A stretch of 64,000 bases of DNA from Candidatus Eiseniibacteriota bacterium (GTDB lineage: Bacteria > Eisenbacteria > RBG-16-71-46 > CAIMUX01 > JAHJDP01). The notes beneath the pieces are model-generated. The model was not told where the DNA came from and ran no database searches. It saw nothing but the letters and a program-made list of their open reading frames with translations. The number at the start of each line of letters is the position of its first letter. Within the stretch, counting starts at the first letter, position 1. The position numbers and the translations under genes are program-made. The stretch covers positions 7,151 through 71,150 of the forward strand of contig JAHJDP010000031.1 of the NCBI GenBank assembly GCA_018831195.1, written 5' to 3'. Below are positions 51,194-59,991 of the stretch, piece after piece.

Positions 51194-52287
51194 CACACCG
51201 CATCCACAATTTTAATGCCGGTCCCGCAACACTCCCCCTATCGGTATTGGAAGAGGTCCAGGCCGAACTTTTGGATTTCAAGGGATGCGGGATGAGTATT
51301 ATGGAGATGAGCCACCGAAGCCCTGAGTATATGGAAGTCCACACCGAGGTGCAGACCCTCACGAGCGAGCTTCTCGGTCTTGGTGATGACTATAAGGTTC
51401 TCTTTTTGGGCGGCGGGGCATCGACGCAATTTTACATGATTCCGCAGAATCTTCTTTCCGGTGGAAGGAAGGGCGATTATATCGTAACCGGCACCTGGGC
51501 CAAGAAGGCGGCCAAAGAGGCAAAGCTATTCGGCGAAGTACACATTGCTCACGATGCCGCAAACGCCGACGGCAAATTCACCTATATTCCGACACAAGAT
51601 CAGCTCCATCTTTCGCCGGATGCGGCCTATCTTCACTACACCACAAACAACACTATCGCCGGCACGCAATTTCATTATTATCCCAAAGCTCCCGCCGGCG
51701 TCCCGGTAATTTGCGATATGTCCTCCGATATCTTTTGGAAGAAGTTCGATCCGCGACCCTTCGGACTCATCTACGCTGGGGCGCAGAAGAATCTCGGACC
51801 TGCCGGCGTCACCATGGTTATCATCCGCAAAGATATGCTCGATCGTTGCGCCGATGGCATCCCGACGATGATTAGCTATAAGACTCATGCGGATAATGAC
51901 TCATTGTTCAACACGGCGCCGGTCTTTCCAATCTATGTCGTGGGCAAAGTTCTAAAATGGATCAAGGCGCTCGGAGGGCTTGGTGCGATAGAAAAGCGTA
52001 ATCGTGAAAAGGCCGGGCTGATCTACGGCGCCATCGACGCGAATCCTGATTTCTTCCGTTCGCCGATCCAGAGAGAGAGCCGTTCGGTGATGAACATTGT
52101 CTGGCGGCTTCCGTCCGAGGATTTGGAAAAGACCTTTATTGCAGAAGCGAAGAAAAGCGGACTCGGCGGCCTCAAGGGACATCGTTCAGTCGGCGGATGC
52201 CGCGCATCGACCTACAACGCCATGCCCATCGAGGGCGTGAAAGCGCTCGTCGGCTTCATGGAGGCGTTCGCTAAGAAGAACGGGTAA
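51190..52287 (+). CDS. serC: Phosphoserine aminotransferase
   Basis: NFNAGPA, EMSHRS, DMSSD, YAGAQKNLGPAG, KGHRSVGG.RAS.YNA. Confidence 0.97.
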   Translation: MTHRIHNFNAGPATLPLSVLEEVQAELLDFKGCGMSIMEMSHRSPEYMEVHTEVQTLTSELLGLGDDYKVLFLGGGASTQFYMIPQNLLSGGRKGDYIVTGTWAKKAAKEAKLFGEVHIAHDAANADGKFTYIPTQDQLHLSPDAAYLHYTTNNTIAGTQFHYYPKAPAGVPVICDMSSDIFWKKFDPRPFGLIYAGAQKNLGPAGVTMVIIRKDMLDRCADGIPTMISYKTHADNDSLFNTAPVFPIYVVGKVLKWIKALGGLGAIEKRNREKAGLIYGAIDANPDFFRSPIQRESRSVMNIVWRLPSEDLEKTFIAEAKKSGLGGLKGHRSVGGCRASTYNAMPIEGVKALVGFMEAFAKKNG

Positions 52288-52333
52288 ACTGACTGTTTTA
52301 ATGGCTTCGAGGCAAAATCGTTCACTTATCCCA

Positions 52334-52365
52334 CAAAACGGGACCCGCTATTGGGTCCCGTTTTG
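52334..52365. terminator. Bidirectional rho-independent terminator
   Basis: caaaacgggaccc-loop-gggtcccgttttg between convergent genes. Confidence 0.85.
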
Positions 52366-52374
52366 CCATATCGC

Positions 52375-52920
52375 TTATGCCTCTTTTAGAATCTTCGACC
52401 AGGCTCTGAACGGTTCAGTGGCGCACCGAGTTAACATTTCAAAGACCGCCGTTTCGACGCTCGTCAGGCGGATCCCCTCCTGCTGGAAGCGCATCATCGC
52501 CAGCTCAATATTTCTTGGAAATCGAGATGAGACCGCGTCGCCGACGATGAAGACTTCGAAGCCGTCATCGTTCATCTCCAGGGCCGTTTGAAAAACGCAG
52601 ACATGCGATTCGATACCGCAGAGCAGCGCCTGTCGCCGGCCGGTCGCGGCCACCGCCTCCCGAAACGGATCATGCTGCCAGCAGGAGAAAGTGAGCTTCT
52701 CCATCCGCTCCACCCCCTCGAGCGTTTCCAATACGGGCCGGCAGGTTGGCCCTAAGCCCTTTGTATATTGTTCTGTTGCAAAGATGGGGACTTCAACAAT
52801 CTTGCAGCCCCTGATGAGACGGCGGATGGACTGGACCATCTCGCCATGCTGGTGGATGTGCGGCAAGAGCCGTTCCTGCACATCAATCACGACAAGAAAC
52901 GCTTCCGTGGGCCGGAGCAT
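52375..52920 (-). CDS. Isochorismatase-family hydrolase
   Basis: VIDVQERL, TEQY.KGLG.T, K.TFSC, GIESHVCVFQT. Confidence 0.9.
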   Translation of the reverse strand: MLRPTEAFLVVIDVQERLLPHIHQHGEMVQSIRRLIRGCKIVEVPIFATEQYTKGLGPTCRPVLETLEGVERMEKLTFSCWQHDPFREAVAATGRRQALLCGIESHVCVFQTALEMNDDGFEVFIVGDAVSSRFPRNIELAMMRFQQEGIRLTSVETAVFEMLTRCATEPFRAWSKILKEA

Positions 52921-52977
52921 GGTGGGCCTCCTATCATCAGGGTTCAAACAGGTCCAAACTTCAGGTACGCTTCCGTT

Positions 52978-53664
52978 ATGGTAATCCATCCGATCAAAAA
53001 TTCACGGAATTCCGGGGATCCCGCCGGGAACTCACGCAAGCGCCGCGGATGCATCCTCGTCCTTCTCCTCACCATAATCTTGATCGCGCTTATTCCTAGG
53101 ATTTTGGATGCATGGGCCGATTGGCTGGTCATCAAAAGCCACCCCATGCCTGCGGATGCCATCCTTGTTCTCGGCGGGGGCCGTGGTGAACGACTGGCGA
53201 CAGCCCTTCAGCTATATAAAGAGGGATGGGCGAACCAGATCTATGTTTCAGGACCGAATGAACCGGGTATCTCCCGATTGCTTGATCCCGACGCGTTGAC
53301 CCAGGCTGAGGTGAAACGGCATCTCGCTGTACAACACGGTGTTCCCGAGGATAAGGTCAGCGTCATCTTGGGGCCGAGCAGCACCTTTGAGGAGGCCTCT
53401 CTGACAAAGGATCTCTTTTTACAACTGAAGTATTCGAGAATCCTTGTCGTGACATCGCCCTATCACACCCGGCGGGCCTATCAGACCTTCCGGCATATTT
53501 ATCGAAAAACGGGAATACAAATTAGTGTCATCTCTGCGCCGTGGGAGCTTACAGGATACAAGCGAAAAGAATGGTGGCGGCACGAAGACGACACCTTCGC
53601 CATCCTTAATGAAACGGGGAAATTGATCTTTTATCTACTGCGGTACAGCATCCCGCCGATTTAA
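52978..53664 (+). CDS. YdcF/ElyC (DUF218) family protein
   Basis: TM helix, ADAILVLGGG..ER, STFEEA, VVTSPYHTRRA. Confidence 0.85.
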   Translation: MVIHPIKNSRNSGDPAGNSRKRRGCILVLLLTIILIALIPRILDAWADWLVIKSHPMPADAILVLGGGRGERLATALQLYKEGWANQIYVSGPNEPGISRLLDPDALTQAEVKRHLAVQHGVPEDKVSVILGPSSTFEEASLTKDLFLQLKYSRILVVTSPYHTRRAYQTFRHIYRKTGIQISVISAPWELTGYKRKEWWRHEDDTFAILNETGKLIFYLLRYSIPPI

Positions 53665-53688
53665 GCCGCGGAAAATTCCCTACGGTAT

Positions 53689-54294
53689 CTACCGTCTCCG
53701 GTTCAAAAACGATTCACAGATTTCATCGATGAGGCGTCCGGCCAAATCTTCCGGCAAGAACTCGGTTACCCTCTGGAAACGGCCGGAGATCGCCATTGTC
53801 GTCAAACCGTGTACCGTAAACCAAGCCTGCAGCGTCATAAAATGGAGCCTCTGCTCATCAACCGATATGGATTTTTGTTCAAGACAAGTCGCCAGCGTTT
53901 TACGAAGAAGATCAAGAGCCAGAAGGCTCGTCTTTTGGGAGGTCAGGTACTCCATCCGTTCAAAATGATGGAAGAACATCAGTCGATAGAGGCCGGGGTT
54001 ATCGACGCCGAAGCCGACATAGGCCTGCAGACCCGCCCGAAGATCCTTGAAGGGATTTTCTCCGAAAATCGCCGCTTGAATATGATCAAGAAGCTGCTGA
54101 TAGGTGCGGTCCCAGGCATGCGCCAGCAAGTCTTCCATATCTTGGAAGTGGCGATAGACCGCCATCTGAGACAAACCCAGGAGACGCCCCAGACGTCGCG
54201 CGGAGACGGCTTCAGGTCCCCCCTCCCTGCAGAGGTTCAAAGCCGCAATGATAAAAGATTCACGCGTTTCTTCTGAAGCCTTCCGGCGAGCCAT
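53689..54294 (-). CDS. TetR-family regulator
   Basis: N-terminal HTH VSARRL...SQMAVYRHF; C-terminal W..VHG. Confidence 0.9.
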   Translation of the reverse strand: MARRKASEETRESFIIAALNLCREGGPEAVSARRLGRLLGLSQMAVYRHFQDMEDLLAHAWDRTYQQLLDHIQAAIFGENPFKDLRAGLQAYVGFGVDNPGLYRLMFFHHFERMEYLTSQKTSLLALDLLRKTLATCLEQKSISVDEQRLHFMTLQAWFTVHGLTTMAISGRFQRVTEFLPEDLAGRLIDEICESFLNRRR

Positions 54295-54361
54295 TTTGAT
54301 CCCCCATCTCTGTGGTCAAGTCCGGTGGATATCCCGACCGCTTTATTCCACACCCTTATGG

Positions 54362-54395
54362 TTTACAAGGTAAAGCAAGACAATACGCCTGTCAA
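54362..54395 (-). promoter_or_regulatory. Sigma70 promoter with a palindrome over the -10 box (candidate TetR operator)
   Basis: Minus strand TTGACA-N17-TACCTT; TTTAC-aag-GTAAA at 54362-54374. Confidence 0.55.
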
Positions 54396-54402
54396 CTGAA
54401 AA

Positions 54403-55635
54403 TCAGGAGGTGATCTTGGGATTTTTGGCGAAGAATGCCTCAGTGAATCGGAGAAAAATCTCAACCCCCAGGGGCATAGCCTCTTCGTCGAAGTTGAAAT
54501 GGGGAGAGTGGTGAGGTTCGACGAGTCCCCGCTCCGCATTCCCTGCTCCAAGAAAGAGAAAGACACCAGGAACCCGCTGTAGGTAGTAGGCCATATCCTC
54601 GCCGCCCATTGAGATGAGATCCATTCCGACCCCATCCGGGCCAAGGACCTCCCTCGCGGCCGCAACCATTAGATCTGTCATTCCCTCATCATTGACAACC
54701 GGTGGGTAATGAGATTCGAAGATAAACTCGCACGCAGCGCCCAGGCTTTGACAAATCGCGTGGGATAGATCGTTGATCCTTTGCTTCAGTGTCTTGCGCA
54801 GTTCAGGGTCAAAAGTGCGTAACGTTCCCCACAGATGCGCTGTCTCGGCAATAATGTTGAAATTCGATCCCGACTCAAACCGGCCGATGGTGACAACGGC
54901 AGCCTGGTTCGGGTCTGTGTTTCTGCTGACCAGGGTCTGCAAAGCTGTGACGACATAGGATCCGACCACAACGGCATCAACTGTATTGTGCGGATAGGCG
55001 CCGTGCCCGCCTTTGCCCATGATGAGAATTTCAAACTCATCGGCTGCGGCCATAACCGGACCGGATCGCGTCTGCGCCCGGCCGACCGGCTGATGCGTAT
55101 CGATATGAAGGCCGACAGCTCCGGTTACCGTGGGATTCTCCATCACCCCGTCGTTGATCATGGGAAGGGCGCCGCCCGGACTTTCCTCAGCCGGCTGAAA
55201 GACAAATTTCAGATCGCCGGGAAGTTTGTCGCGCAGGATCCCGGCGGCGTGCGCGGTGGCGAGAAGGATGGCCGTGTGCCCATCATGACCGCAGGCATGC
55301 ATCACACCCGGTATCTCGGAGGCGTAATCAATCCCGGGGTTCTCCTCCTGGATCGGAAGGGCGTCGATGTCTGCTCGCAGGAGCAGGACACCCTGTTTTC
55401 TATTTGGATTCGTAGATTTAAGAAGGCCGACGACACCGGTGCCGCCGACATGAGTCTTGATGTCATCCAAGTTCGCGGATTGAAGCTCGTCGACAATGTA
55501 GGCGGCGGTCTTCTCTTCTTTCAGGCCGAGTTCAGGATGGCGATGGATCGTCCGGCGCCAGCGGACCATCTCAGGGTAGAGGGCCGAGACCTCGGGTCGA
55601 ATTGGAAACGCTTGATGGGATGGTGTCTTCGTCAC
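54403..55635 (-). CDS. M20D amidohydrolase
   Basis: HPEL, RADIDALP, MHACGHDGH, FQPAEE, GGHGA.PH, GGED, HHSP.F. Confidence 0.93.
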   Translation of the reverse strand: MTKTPSHQAFPIRPEVSALYPEMVRWRRTIHRHPELGLKEEKTAAYIVDELQSANLDDIKTHVGGTGVVGLLKSTNPNRKQGVLLLRADIDALPIQEENPGIDYASEIPGVMHACGHDGHTAILLATAHAAGILRDKLPGDLKFVFQPAEESPGGALPMINDGVMENPTVTGAVGLHIDTHQPVGRAQTRSGPVMAAADEFEILIMGKGGHGAYPHNTVDAVVVGSYVVTALQTLVSRNTDPNQAAVVTIGRFESGSNFNIIAETAHLWGTLRTFDPELRKTLKQRINDLSHAICQSLGAACEFIFESHYPPVVNDEGMTDLMVAAAREVLGPDGVGMDLISMGGEDMAYYLQRVPGVFLFLGAGNAERGLVEPHHSPHFNFDEEAMPLGVEIFLRFTEAFFAKNPKITS

Positions 55636-55637
55636 AA

Positions 55638-56045
55638 TTAAAGCTCGGACAGCGGCCGCCGGCCGCAGGTGCCTTTGTTCAACTCATGCCAATATTGAAT
55701 TTGTTTCTCGCCGAGTTTCCAGCAAAAGAAGACAAACCGGCCGTCTGTGGCCCCATAAAAGTCGACTTGACCTTTTATAAAATCTTTTACGACACAACCC
55801 ATCCTTTGCATTCCCTCGAGTATCCGGTCTCTTTCTGCAATTAACTCCTCAAGCCGCCTCATACCCATCAAATACTCACGGCGTTCCGGACTTCTCCTGT
55901 GCGAGGCGCCGATGAGTTCAAGAACGGCGATCCGATCCTGATACCCCTGAATCTGCCGAGCGGCTTGAATGAGTTTCTTTAAAACCGCGTCGACATGGGG
56001 AAGGAGGCGGTTGGCTTCTTCCAGAGTAAAAATCTTGACTGCCAT
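55638..56045 (-). CDS. DUF2203 family protein
   Basis: FTLEEAN.LLP, VKD...G.VDF, CWKLGE..I.YWH...G..GRRP. Confidence 0.85.
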   Translation of the reverse strand: MAVKIFTLEEANRLLPHVDAVLKKLIQAARQIQGYQDRIAVLELIGASHRRSPERREYLMGMRRLEELIAERDRILEGMQRMGCVVKDFIKGQVDFYGATDGRFVFFCWKLGEKQIQYWHELNKGTCGRRPLSEL

Positions 56046-56321
56046 GGCCCAATCCTATCCCTTGGCTCCACTCCATCAATTCGGCCAGGCGATCCTTCCC
56101 TCGGTGGTCATATTGTAGCAAAAGAAAATAGCAGACACAAGAAGTGCAAACAATTAATTTAAAAATTGCGCATGAAGTCGGCTATGGATAACAAATGTGA
56201 AGATTATAACGCAATGATTCCAACACAAGGACAAAACACATATCCATGACGTCCTGAAAATCCGTTTTATCGGGACGTTCTGCGGCTCTGATTCAGCTTT
56301 TTAATAGTACAAGCTTGCTTG

Positions 56322-57098
56322 CTATTGATATATCGATTTGACACCTCCCCATGTTGTGAGCTTTCTTGGAGTCGGCTGGCATGGATTGGGCTCGCAGGAA
56401 CCACCGAACCAATCACCACCACCCTCCAAACATTCAGAGCTATGCAGTAGCAGGCAAGTAGAACCGAAACAACAGGCGCCGTATTCCGGATTCCACGGCG
56501 GACATTCCGGATTCCAACCGGGCGCGCCGCCGTACCCCATGGCTCCGAAGCCCTCAATGAGGTCAAGCGTCGCCGGTTCGGAACAGTCAGCGACCGCCGC
56601 ATGGTTTAAGGGATGATCGACGAGCGGAATCTCTCCGGCGGCGGCATAGACATAAATGCCAAAGTAATAGACGGGCACCATCTGGCCATATGAGCAATCG
56701 GGTGTCCAGGCGACCGCCGTTCCGGTTCCAGGAGCCGGCCATCCGGCGGTCGGCGCCTCGAGTGCGCCCGGTTTGCAGGAACCGAAATATCCGATATAGG
56801 TTTCGCTGGGTGTGTAATCCCCCAGTCCAAATGTCACCATATTGAAATTCGTCGCATTGCCGCGGGGCGAGACAACAAGAATGAGATACCAATAGACGTC
56901 GATTAGAGGATCGGGAATCGCCGATGGTATGAGATCGATGCAATCCTCGGGTACTTCAATTTGCTCACAGGGATCTGGAGGATACCAAGGCTCACCCTGA
57001 TTCCCGTGGACGGCCAAAACCACCCCTGCATTGGATCCGGCATGAGCGGAGCCCATGGTGAGCACGGTACAAACCAACAAATATGACAGGAGTTTCAT
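56322..57098 (-). CDS. Secreted Cys-rich protein with TWGGVKSIYQ tag
   Basis: AGGAGG RBS, signal peptide, GACC...C...C...GG.W.G..C.PNPC module, terminal tag. Confidence 0.8.
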   Translation of the reverse strand: MKLLSYLLVCTVLTMGSAHAGSNAGVVLAVHGNQGEPWYPPDPCEQIEVPEDCIDLIPSAIPDPLIDVYWYLILVVSPRGNATNFNMVTFGLGDYTPSETYIGYFGSCKPGALEAPTAGWPAPGTGTAVAWTPDCSYGQMVPVYYFGIYVYAAAGEIPLVDHPLNHAAVADCSEPATLDLIEGFGAMGYGGAPGWNPECPPWNPEYGACCFGSTCLLLHSSECLEGGGDWFGGSCEPNPCQPTPRKLTTWGGVKSIYQ

Positions 57099-57191
57099 TG
57101 TGTCGCCTCCTTGGGAGAAAGGTGCGGAGACTCACAGCAATGATGCGTTGATATAGAAAGGCGCCCAGACTCTGAGGAGGAATCACTGTCT

Positions 57192-57252
57192 CAGTATTGA
57201 GACCGGAGTATTGAAACCGCAGTATGGATACCGCAGTAAGGAAACCGCAATG
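57192..57252. repeat. Four tandem degenerate 14-bp repeats
   Basis: cagtattgagaccg / gagtattgaaaccg / cagtatggataccg / cagtaaggaaaccg / caatg. Confidence 0.85.
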
Positions 57253-57333
57253 CCCCCTCTCGCGCACCATTATTATACACCGGCCGGAAGGAAAAGGCCA
57301 ACTGATTTGGCTGCCGGATCCAATGGATGAAAA

Positions 57334-58398
57334 TTAACCACTCTTGAAATGATCCCACCCTTTGGTATTCAAGTTATTGTGTCCCAACAAATGGAGACCC
57401 GGCTCCATCACGAACTCTCCGATCGCATGCGCTTGGGGCGACAGCGCTGAGAGGATTCTTTCGACGGATCCGGGCGCCACAGCGGCCAGCAGCGCATAAT
57501 CGTCACTTGACCCCAGAGCCCACTCCAGCGGATCGATCTTGGCCGCCTTCCCCATTTTCCGGACCGGTTCGAGAATGGGGATTTGTTCGGTTTGGATGTC
57601 AGCGCCGAGACCGCCGGCTTCACACAAATGACCCAAATCGGAGAGAAGGCCGTCACTGGTATCGATCAAGGCCTTCACGCCGCCCATTTCACGGAGCTTT
57701 AACGATTCCTTTAAATGATGTCTTGGGCGGATATAAAATCGAAGGGCCGCTTTCAGATTCGTTTCATCAATCTTCATCTTCTGGGATTTCTTCGAGAGTC
57801 GATCCATCGCCCACAATCCAGCCGCCGAAAGGCCTGTGTGGCCGATGAGCAGGATCACATCGCCCGCCTGCGCTCCGGATCGCAGAAAGGCGTCCCCTTC
57901 AACTTCACCCACAAGGGTCACGTCGACAACACGCGGCCCGTCAGTGGCAGAGAGATTTCCACCGGCGATCTGGCCCCCGGCGTCTTTCAGCTCTTCAGCC
58001 AATCCCTCTAGAATGTTAAAGAGAACATCAACGGGATCACTCTTGGGCAGGGCCATCGAAATCAGCGCGACGCGCGGCGTGGCCCCCATGGCGGCAAGAT
58101 CGGAAATGTTGCTGACCATGACCCTGCGGCCTACATCGCGGGGAGTCATGCGTTGTGTGAGAAAATGCCGTCCCTCGAGATGAATATCGCAGGTCAACGC
58201 CAGCTGCGTGGATGCCCGGGGCCGGATGAGAGCTGCGTCATCGCCGGCGCCTAATGTTAAAAATCCTCCCTCCCTGCCCAGATGGGATCTCTCCTCGAGC
58301 CAGGTACGGATTCTTTTCAGGATCTCCATCTCGCCGACATCGGAAAGAAGTGGTTCGCCGCCCCACTCTTTCGATGCGTCGAGTTGAAAGTTTCTCAT
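57334..58398 (-). CDS. thiL: Thiamine-monophosphate kinase
   Basis: GDDAA, EGRHF, NISDLAAMGA.P, GGN, DTSDGL..DL, GWDHF. Confidence 0.93.
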   Translation of the reverse strand: MRNFQLDASKEWGGEPLLSDVGEMEILKRIRTWLEERSHLGREGGFLTLGAGDDAALIRPRASTQLALTCDIHLEGRHFLTQRMTPRDVGRRVMVSNISDLAAMGATPRVALISMALPKSDPVDVLFNILEGLAEELKDAGGQIAGGNLSATDGPRVVDVTLVGEVEGDAFLRSGAQAGDVILLIGHTGLSAAGLWAMDRLSKKSQKMKIDETNLKAALRFYIRPRHHLKESLKLREMGGVKALIDTSDGLLSDLGHLCEAGGLGADIQTEQIPILEPVRKMGKAAKIDPLEWALGSSDDYALLAAVAPGSVERILSALSPQAHAIGEFVMEPGLHLLGHNNLNTKGWDHFKSG

Positions 58399-59039
58399 GC
58401 CGATTTTTCTTCACCGTATCCGGCGACGAATTCCCGGATCTCCCGCGTCATCGCTTCCGGATCCTCGGCCTGGCATATCGCGGCCAGAACAGCGACACCA
58501 TGAACGCCGGCCCGGAGAACAGGTTCTATATTTTCTCTGTTCAACCCGCCGATCGCGACAAGCGGTATGGGGAATTTCGGTGTCAGGCCGGGAAGCGCTT
58601 CAATCCCAATAATCGGTCCGGCATCGGTTTTGGTGCTCGTGGAATAGATTGGGCCGAATCCGACATAATCGGCGCCCTCCTGCCATGCCTCTCGCGCCTC
58701 TTCCACCGTATCGACCGAAACGCCAATCACACGCTCGGGACCCAGCAAATGCCGCGCGAGTCGGATTGGGAAATCGTCTTGGCCGAGATGCACGCCGTCG
58801 GCATCGGCCGCGATCGCTACATCCACGCGGTCATTAATGATAAACTTTGTATTGGAGCGTGCGCATAAGGTTGCAATCTCCCGGGCCGTTTCAATCATCT
58901 GCCGGGTCGTCGCCTCTTTGTCACGATACTGCACAAAATCAGCCCCGCCGTTGATCATCTTTTGAGCCAACTCGACATGGCTGAAACGTTGTTGAATCGT
59001 GGTGTCAGTGATTGCGACCAACCATCTTTTTTTTCTCAC
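58395..59039 (-). CDS. thiE: Thiamine-phosphate synthase
   Basis: QYRDK, INDRVD, GVHLGQDD, GPIYSTSTK, AIGG. Start is GTG 59039 (AGGAG RBS) or ATG 59147. Confidence 0.95.
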   Translation of the reverse strand: MRKKRWLVAITDTTIQQRFSHVELAQKMINGGADFVQYRDKEATTRQMIETAREIATLCARSNTKFIINDRVDVAIAADADGVHLGQDDFPIRLARHLLGPERVIGVSVDTVEEAREAWQEGADYVGFGPIYSTSTKTDAGPIIGIEALPGLTPKFPIPLVAIGGLNRENIEPVLRAGVHGVAVLAAICQAEDPEAMTREIREFVAGYGEEKSA

Positions 59040-59139
59040 TGAGAACTCCTTCTCTCTTCGTATGGATGGGAACGACCGCGGATCCGGCCTTGAACCCAGA
59101 ATCAATTTCAACCCCATCTCCTGTGAGCTCGGAATATGA

Positions 59140-59955
59140 TTACCCATTGTCCTCTTCCGCGCCGGGAATATCATAGAATGGGTCGACCGGCCCCGACCCC
59201 TTGCCGATCCGCAGGCCATGCCGGATCGCATTCGTTATAAAAATCTTCGCTTCCTGCGCCGCTTCCAGCATAGTATCCCCGCACGCCAGGCGCCCCGCCA
59301 TCGCCGAGGCGAAGGTACATCCGGTGCCATGGGTGTGGGGTGTTAAATATCTGACCCCCATAAGCCAGGTGGTGTTATCTTCCGATACGAAAAGGTCAGC
59401 CGAGTGCTGGCCATCCCCCAGATGGCCTCCCTTGATAATGACATAATCCGGACCAAGTTTGATCAATTCCCTTCCCGCCTTCTGCATATCATCCTCATTG
59501 CGAACCGGGAATCCGCAGAGCCGCTCCGCCTCGGGCAGATTCGGCGTGATGACGCTTGCGAGCGGCATGAGTTTGTCGCGCAGCACCTCGACGGCGTCAT
59601 CATCTAAAAGGGCGTGGCCGTGTTTTGAAATCATGACAGGATCCAGGACAATCCAAGGCGTCTTCCGTTTGGCCAGCTCACGGGCAACCAGTTCCACAAT
59701 CGATGCATTCGCCAACATGCCGATCTTGACAGCATCGATTTTACAATCATCAAAGACTGCATGCAGTTGATCCCGGATCAGGTCGAGCGGCACCGGCTCC
59801 ACGCGTTCGACCTTGCGTGTATTCTGCGCCGTGATCGCTGTGATAACTGTGACGGCATAGGCTCCCAGCGCGTGAATCGCCTTGAGGTCGGCCTGAATTC
59901 CCGCCCCGGCGATCGAATCGGATCCAGCGATTGTTAAAACGATAGGTCGGATCAT
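59140..59955 (-). CDS. thiD: Hydroxymethylpyrimidine/phosphomethylpyrimidine kinase
   Basis: LTIAGSDS..GAGIQADLK, VKIGML, DPVM, TPNLPEA, HTHGTGCT. Confidence 0.96.
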   Translation of the reverse strand: MIRPIVLTIAGSDSIAGAGIQADLKAIHALGAYAVTVITAITAQNTRKVERVEPVPLDLIRDQLHAVFDDCKIDAVKIGMLANASIVELVARELAKRKTPWIVLDPVMISKHGHALLDDDAVEVLRDKLMPLASVITPNLPEAERLCGFPVRNEDDMQKAGRELIKLGPDYVIIKGGHLGDGQHSADLFVSEDNTTWLMGVRYLTPHTHGTGCTFASAMAGRLACGDTMLEAAQEAKIFITNAIRHGLRIGKGSGPVDPFYDIPGAEEDNG

Positions 59956-59991
59956 TAAAGTGATTTCCCTCGCTGATTCTCTTTTCGGCTG

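Noticed and set aside
57192-57252. Possible mini-CRISPR array
   Set aside because: Units are 14 bp, contiguous and spacer-free, and no cas genes are present.
59040-59140. TPP riboswitch between thiD and thiE
   Set aside because: No complete CTGAGA...CCTGA...AGGGA aptamer pattern on the coding (minus) strand; the stretch may simply be the ThiE N-terminus.
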